From NCBI GenBank assembly GCA_963729625.1, contig CAVSOU010000008.1, positions 896,001 through 960,000 of the forward strand: a DNA stretch of 64,000 bases. Reading direction: 5' to 3'. A program made the translations under genes and the position numbers. Each line of letters opens with the position of its first letter. Within the stretch, counting starts at the first letter, position 1. This document shows positions 60,367 to 64,000 of this stretch, in pieces. Below the pieces are notes generated by a model. That model searched no databases, was not told the origin of the DNA, and worked only from the letters and a program-made list of their open reading frames with translations. The stretch comes from an uncultured bacterium. GTDB taxonomy: Bacteria; Chloroflexota; UBA5177; JANWHV01.

Positions 60367-62325
60367 CTACGGTGTGCTTGCCACGACGGCCACCGCGCGA
60401 TCGTTGCCCCGGTCGAGCTCCGCGATCGCGCCGTCGGGATTGACTACGGCACTGGCTCGCAGCAGGCCGCCGGCCAGGCCACCTGGCACGGTCAGCGTCA
60501 GAACCGCGTCTTCGTAGATTCCCAGCTCGCCCCTGCAGCGCACGACCATGCTGCCGGCGCACGACATGCCGGTTGCGTGCCGCGTCCCGGCATCGCCCGC
60601 GCCCGAGATCCTGCTCTCCAGCAGCACGCCTCCGGCCGGACGGGCGCCGATGTTGCGCACCACGATCGTGAAGCGCGCCCCAACGGCATTCTCCAGCCGT
60701 TGCGCGGTGACCGTCACCGCAAGGTCGGCATACGGCGGCTGCAGCAGGTCCGGGCGCGCTCCCGCGATAACCTGCGCCGCCGCGGCCGGTGTGCGCGTGG
60801 TGCGGCCAAGGGCGAGACCGTGGTTGGCCCCCACGTCGGCAAGTGGGTTGAGGCAGGTGTCTTTGCCGAGCGCGATCGCGCGCGCGAACGGACTCGTACC
60901 CGGCAGGTCCGAGGGCGCCAGCCACTGCGTGTCGATATTCACCGACGAAAGCGCGGGCACGGATGGGCACGGCGCAAACACGTAGTCGCGCGGATTACCT
61001 ATCGTGAGTAAGCGGATCCCGTGGCCGCGAGCTTCCGCGGCGAGCGCCTGGTTGGTAACCTTCGCCCCATACAACACCCGCGAGACGCTCGCCTGCCCGC
61101 CGCGGGGATGCACGTGCGCGGGAATGGTATGGGCGATGGCGTACATCTGCTTCAGATCGCGGAACGGCGGCAGTCCGCCAACCGGCACTTGCGGCAGCAG
61201 CATGGCAGGGCAGTGCGGGCGGTAGTACTTGCTGCTCAGCCACAGCCCGGCCGCGTCGGGTATGCCGCCCAGCGGCGAGTCGATCGTGATAACACCGCCG
61301 AGTCGCCCGCCGTTCGGCAGCTTCCAGCCGAGCTGCTGGCGGAGGAACGCCACGTAGGCCAAGGCGATCAGGCCGCCCTGACTGTGCCCGACCAGGTAGA
61401 CTGTGCCTCCGTGGTGCGTCCGCAGGTAGCCCGAGATCATCTCATCCAGGCGCACCACATCGTCGTCGATAGTATTGGTGAACGTGTCCTGGCAGGCGAA
61501 GCGCGCGGGGTGCCAGCGCCCCTTACCGTCGAAGCTGCCACCGTTGTAGCTGAAAGGAATGAACGCCGGCGCGCGCGCGTGGAGCTTCGAGAGCTCGGCC
61601 TTCACACCCTTCTGGAAGCCGTCGAAATAGCCGTCGCCGCTCCTCGAGAGCACCCCGGGAATTAGGATCACGGCGCGGGGGGCCGGCGCGGGCGGCGCAC
61701 CGACCTGGATCGTGGTGCGGACCCAGCCGCGGTTGTCGCTTGTGTTGTCGCTGTACGCGTCGTCGTTGAAATTGAGCCACAGCGGACCGCTGCGCGGCGC
61801 CGCATGGCGGTAGCGCGAGCCGACGAGGAACACCTTGCGCGCCTCCGGCAGCACGCGCCGCGAGACGTAGCTGCCCGGCCCTGGTGGGTTGTAGCCGATG
61901 TACCCGATCAGCGCCGCCCAATGAGCGACGGCAGTTCGCGCGCACCAACTGCAGACGCCGATGTCGCGCAGATTGAGAAAGTTGTCCTGCGATTTCGACT
62001 GCAGCACCCGGTAGCCATCCGGGCCGGCGCTCGGGCGACCGGTATCGGGCGACCAGGAACCCGCCGCGGTGATCGCGATCCGTTCTCCTTGCCGCACCAT
62101 GAGCCCGGTGTACGCCCAGTGGGCGGAGGCGGTCACCACCATCTGGCGGCGACCGTAGGCGGACGCCGGCGCATCGGCGACGCTCCGGGCGACCTGACTC
62201 TCCACGGTCCTGACGGACGCCGTCGCCGCCGCCGCCGCGGGCAAGCTGGCCGGCGCGAGCGGCGCGATCGCCGTGCCCAGCAGCGCCAGCACGGCAAGCC
62301 AGTGACTGATACTGGTGCTACGCAT
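60367..62325 (-). CDS. Secreted LecA/PA-IL-like domain, alpha/beta hydrolase and CARDB/DUF11 fusion protein
   Basis: Signal peptide; WAYTGL.VRQGERIAITAAGSW...ALIGYIG...SGPLWLNFNDDAYSDN; VILIPG, GHSQGG, ITIDSPLGG; DLAVTV...VRNIG...VNPDGAIAELDRGND. Confidence 0.82.
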   Translation of the reverse strand: MRSTSISHWLAVLALLGTAIAPLAPASLPAAAAATASVRTVESQVARSVADAPASAYGRRQMVVTASAHWAYTGLMVRQGERIAITAAGSWSPDTGRPSAGPDGYRVLQSKSQDNFLNLRDIGVCSWCARTAVAHWAALIGYIGYNPPGPGSYVSRRVLPEARKVFLVGSRYRHAAPRSGPLWLNFNDDAYSDNTSDNRGWVRTTIQVGAPPAPAPRAVILIPGVLSRSGDGYFDGFQKGVKAELSKLHARAPAFIPFSYNGGSFDGKGRWHPARFACQDTFTNTIDDDVVRLDEMISGYLRTHHGGTVYLVGHSQGGLIALAYVAFLRQQLGWKLPNGGRLGGVITIDSPLGGIPDAAGLWLSSKYYRPHCPAMLLPQVPVGGLPPFRDLKQMYAIAHTIPAHVHPRGGQASVSRVLYGAKVTNQALAAEARGHGIRLLTIGNPRDYVFAPCPSVPALSSVNIDTQWLAPSDLPGTSPFARAIALGKDTCLNPLADVGANHGLALGRTTRTPAAAAQVIAGARPDLLQPPYADLAVTVTAQRLENAVGARFTIVVRNIGARPAGGVLLESRISGAGDAGTRHATGMSCAGSMVVRCRGELGIYEDAVLTLTVPGGLAGGLLRASAVVNPDGAIAELDRGNDRAVAVVASTP

Positions 62326-63547
62326 AGTACTGATCCTTTCGCCGGCCAGGAAGGTGCGCGTCGGGCAGCACGAGCCTGGCCACGCGATCGAGGACCAGCC
62401 CCACCACGATCACGATGCCAATCGCGAGCTGCTGCCAGAATTGGCTGACGCCCGCGAGCAGCAGCTCGTTGGTGAGCGCGGCGACGAGGATGGCCCCAAA
62501 CGCGGCGCCGGCAATGCTCAGCGCGTCTCCGCACAAGAGACCACCGCCTCCGACGACGGCGGCTGCCGCAGCCGGCACGAGATACTCGGAGCCCATACCC
62601 GGATCGAATGCCTGAACCCTGCCGAGCAGCAAAATGCCGGCCACCGCGGCGAGCGTGCCCGCAACCACGTGCGACAGCATAGCCACGGCAGGCGTGCCCG
62701 GTCTTGCGGTGGTCGGCCCGGGCGCTCCACCGGGGCCGGATCCAGGCAGCGCGAGCACTACCGCGGTCAGCACCACCCCTGCCACTAGGGCGGCGCCGAT
62801 CTCCACGAAGCCCGCGTTGTCCCAGGAGAGTGCATCCACTAGGTCCTCGACGAATCTAATAGGATAATCGCTAATCAGTAACGTGATACTGGTGATGGCG
62901 GCCATGCTGCCAAGAGTGATGGTGACCGACGGCAGGCCGAGCACCCCGACCAGCGCTCCGTTCGCGATGCCGCAGGCAACTCCCGCCAGTATCCCGGCGG
63001 CAACCGCGGTGACGCCGGGCTGGCCGTTCGCGGCCATCCACGCGCAGAATCACGCGCTCAGCCCCATGGTGGCGCCGACCGAGAGATCGATGCCGCCGGT
63101 AAACATCACCAGCGCAAGCCCGACGGCCGGCAGGCCGATGATCCCGGCGTCGAAGCCCAGCACTTGCAGGTTGGTCGAGCTAAAGAACAGGTCCGGCTTT
63201 GCGAACGCCAGCAAGACCACGAGCGCGGCGGCCATCGCGCCAAAGCGAAGCGCCATGGCCAGAAGGCTCGCGGGGCTCAACTCCAGCGCGGACGCCCGGT
63301 TGGGCGCGCCGGCTCGCGGAGGCGCGTACTGCCTTGGACCGGTCGGGCGGAGCGCGGCACTCAGGATGGCCGGAGGCTCCGGTCGCCGGCCGGAGGAGGA
63401 TCCTTGTACGTCGCCGCCCGCGGTTCCGCCGTCCGCGGGGTGTCCGGCGGAAATCGCGCGTCCACAGCGCGGGCAGAAGCTCGCCCGAGTCGCGGGAAGC
63501 GGCGACCCGCATCGCCCGCAGAACAGGGCTCTCTCCTCGGTCGTCAT
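62318..63547 (-). CDS. Zinc-ribbon fused RbsC-type (BPD_transp_2) ABC permease with in-frame TGA at 63050-63052
   Basis: FCGRCG...FCPRCG, then GGIDLSVG, GIANGALV..LGLPSVTITLG, AAAVVGG, GVSQFWQQ; both ORFs are in the same frame. Confidence 0.8.
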
Positions 63548-63594
63548 CGTGCACCATCCCCTCGCAGATGGCTGGCCGACCAGCCGACGACCCA

Positions 63595-63626
63595 AGGCTA
63601 ACAGACCGCCATTAGGCCGGCATTAG
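63595..63626 (-). promoter_or_regulatory. Direct-repeat promoter element, copy 10
   Basis: Minus strand CTAATGC-CGGC-CTAATGG-CGGTCTGT-TAGCCT. Confidence 0.82.
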
Positions 63627-63630
63627 GCGC

Positions 63631-64000
63631 TCAGCTCGGCTTGAGATGCCACTCCTTCCGGACGATTGCCAGCACCGTCGCTGCCACGCGTTGGGCGCCT
63701 CCACGGCTGAGATGGATGCCGTCAGCCTCCCGCACGTACATCCACTGCCCGCCCACCTGCAGCGCGTCGGCGTAGGCGCCGTGGTCGGTCACCAGCGGCA
63801 GTATGTCCACGTACTCGGCGCCCGGTATGCCGGCGGCCGCCTGGCGCAGCGCGAGATCGATCTGGAGGTCCGTGGCCGCCATGCTGCTGCTCCGCGCCGG
63901 TGGCATGGCGAGCCAGTAGACGCGCCGCACGCCGCCTTCGAGCCAGGTGCGCATGCAGATACGCGCCCGGCGGCGGTATTCCTGCAGCCACTGCTTCGTG
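63631..64000 (-). CDS. SGNH hydrolase / DUF459-like protein, C-terminal part
   Basis: W.QEYRRR, RVYWLAMPP, EYVDI, READGIHLSRGGA (DxxH); 5' end lies outside the window. Confidence 0.8.
   Translation of the reverse strand, partial: TKQWLQEYRRRARICMRTWLEGGVRRVYWLAMPPARSSSMAATDLQIDLALRQAAAGIPGAEYVDILPLVTDHGAYADALQVGGQWMYVREADGIHLSRGGAQRVAATVLAIVRKEWHLKPS

Noticed and set aside
63050-63052. Selenocysteine or programmed readthrough at the in-frame TGA
   Set aside because: The position is in a TM helix with no catalytic Cys role and no evident SECIS; indel error or nonsense mutation is simpler.
30858-63626. CTAATG elements as CRISPR repeats, integron attC sites or IS ends
   Set aside because: They are kilobases apart, in both orientations, not palindromic, lack RYYYAAC/GTTRRRY ends and spacers, and vary exactly like a -10 box. 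No cas or integrase gene is in the window.

Overview
GC-rich bacterial DNA, most likely Chloroflexota (inferred from gene families, not verified). The window has two parts. (1) 1-24113 is core-like chromosome: HNH nuclease (partial), lon, a Rieske/cytochrome b6/subunit IV-dihaem cytochrome c operon, a TPR protein, miaB, a methyltransferase, a vWA-FHA-PP2C-zinc-ribbon signalling operon, a parvulin PPIase, an S9 peptidase, a membrane hydrolase, a UbiA-type phosphoribosyltransferase/flippase-like/LCP envelope operon and tRNA-Gly(CCC). (2) 24114-64000 is a patchwork accessory region right after the tRNA. It is rich in secreted and membrane proteins (Cys-paired Asp-box beta-propellers, Vgb-like propeller, alpha-2-macroglobulin plus PBP1C, SH3, TM2, TolB-like, lectin-hydrolase-CARDB), with an IS1182 remnant, a VapBC pair, a heptamer VNTR and many truncated or frameshifted genes. 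The strongest signal is non-coding: ten copies of a rigidly spaced 32-bp element, CTAAYGS-N4-CTAATGS-N5-TGN-TANNNT. All ten are intergenic, nine point directly into a gene module, and I saw none in the core half. The geometry (heptamer direct repeats, 4-nt spacer, 8 nt upstream of a -10 box) matches SARP/AfsR-type activator promoters, which suggests an undescribed activator-controlled regulon of extracytoplasmic defence or envelope proteins. Some frameshifts look like homopolymer sequencing errors, so pseudogene calls are provisional. All family assignments come from motif recognition by eye; no database search was run.
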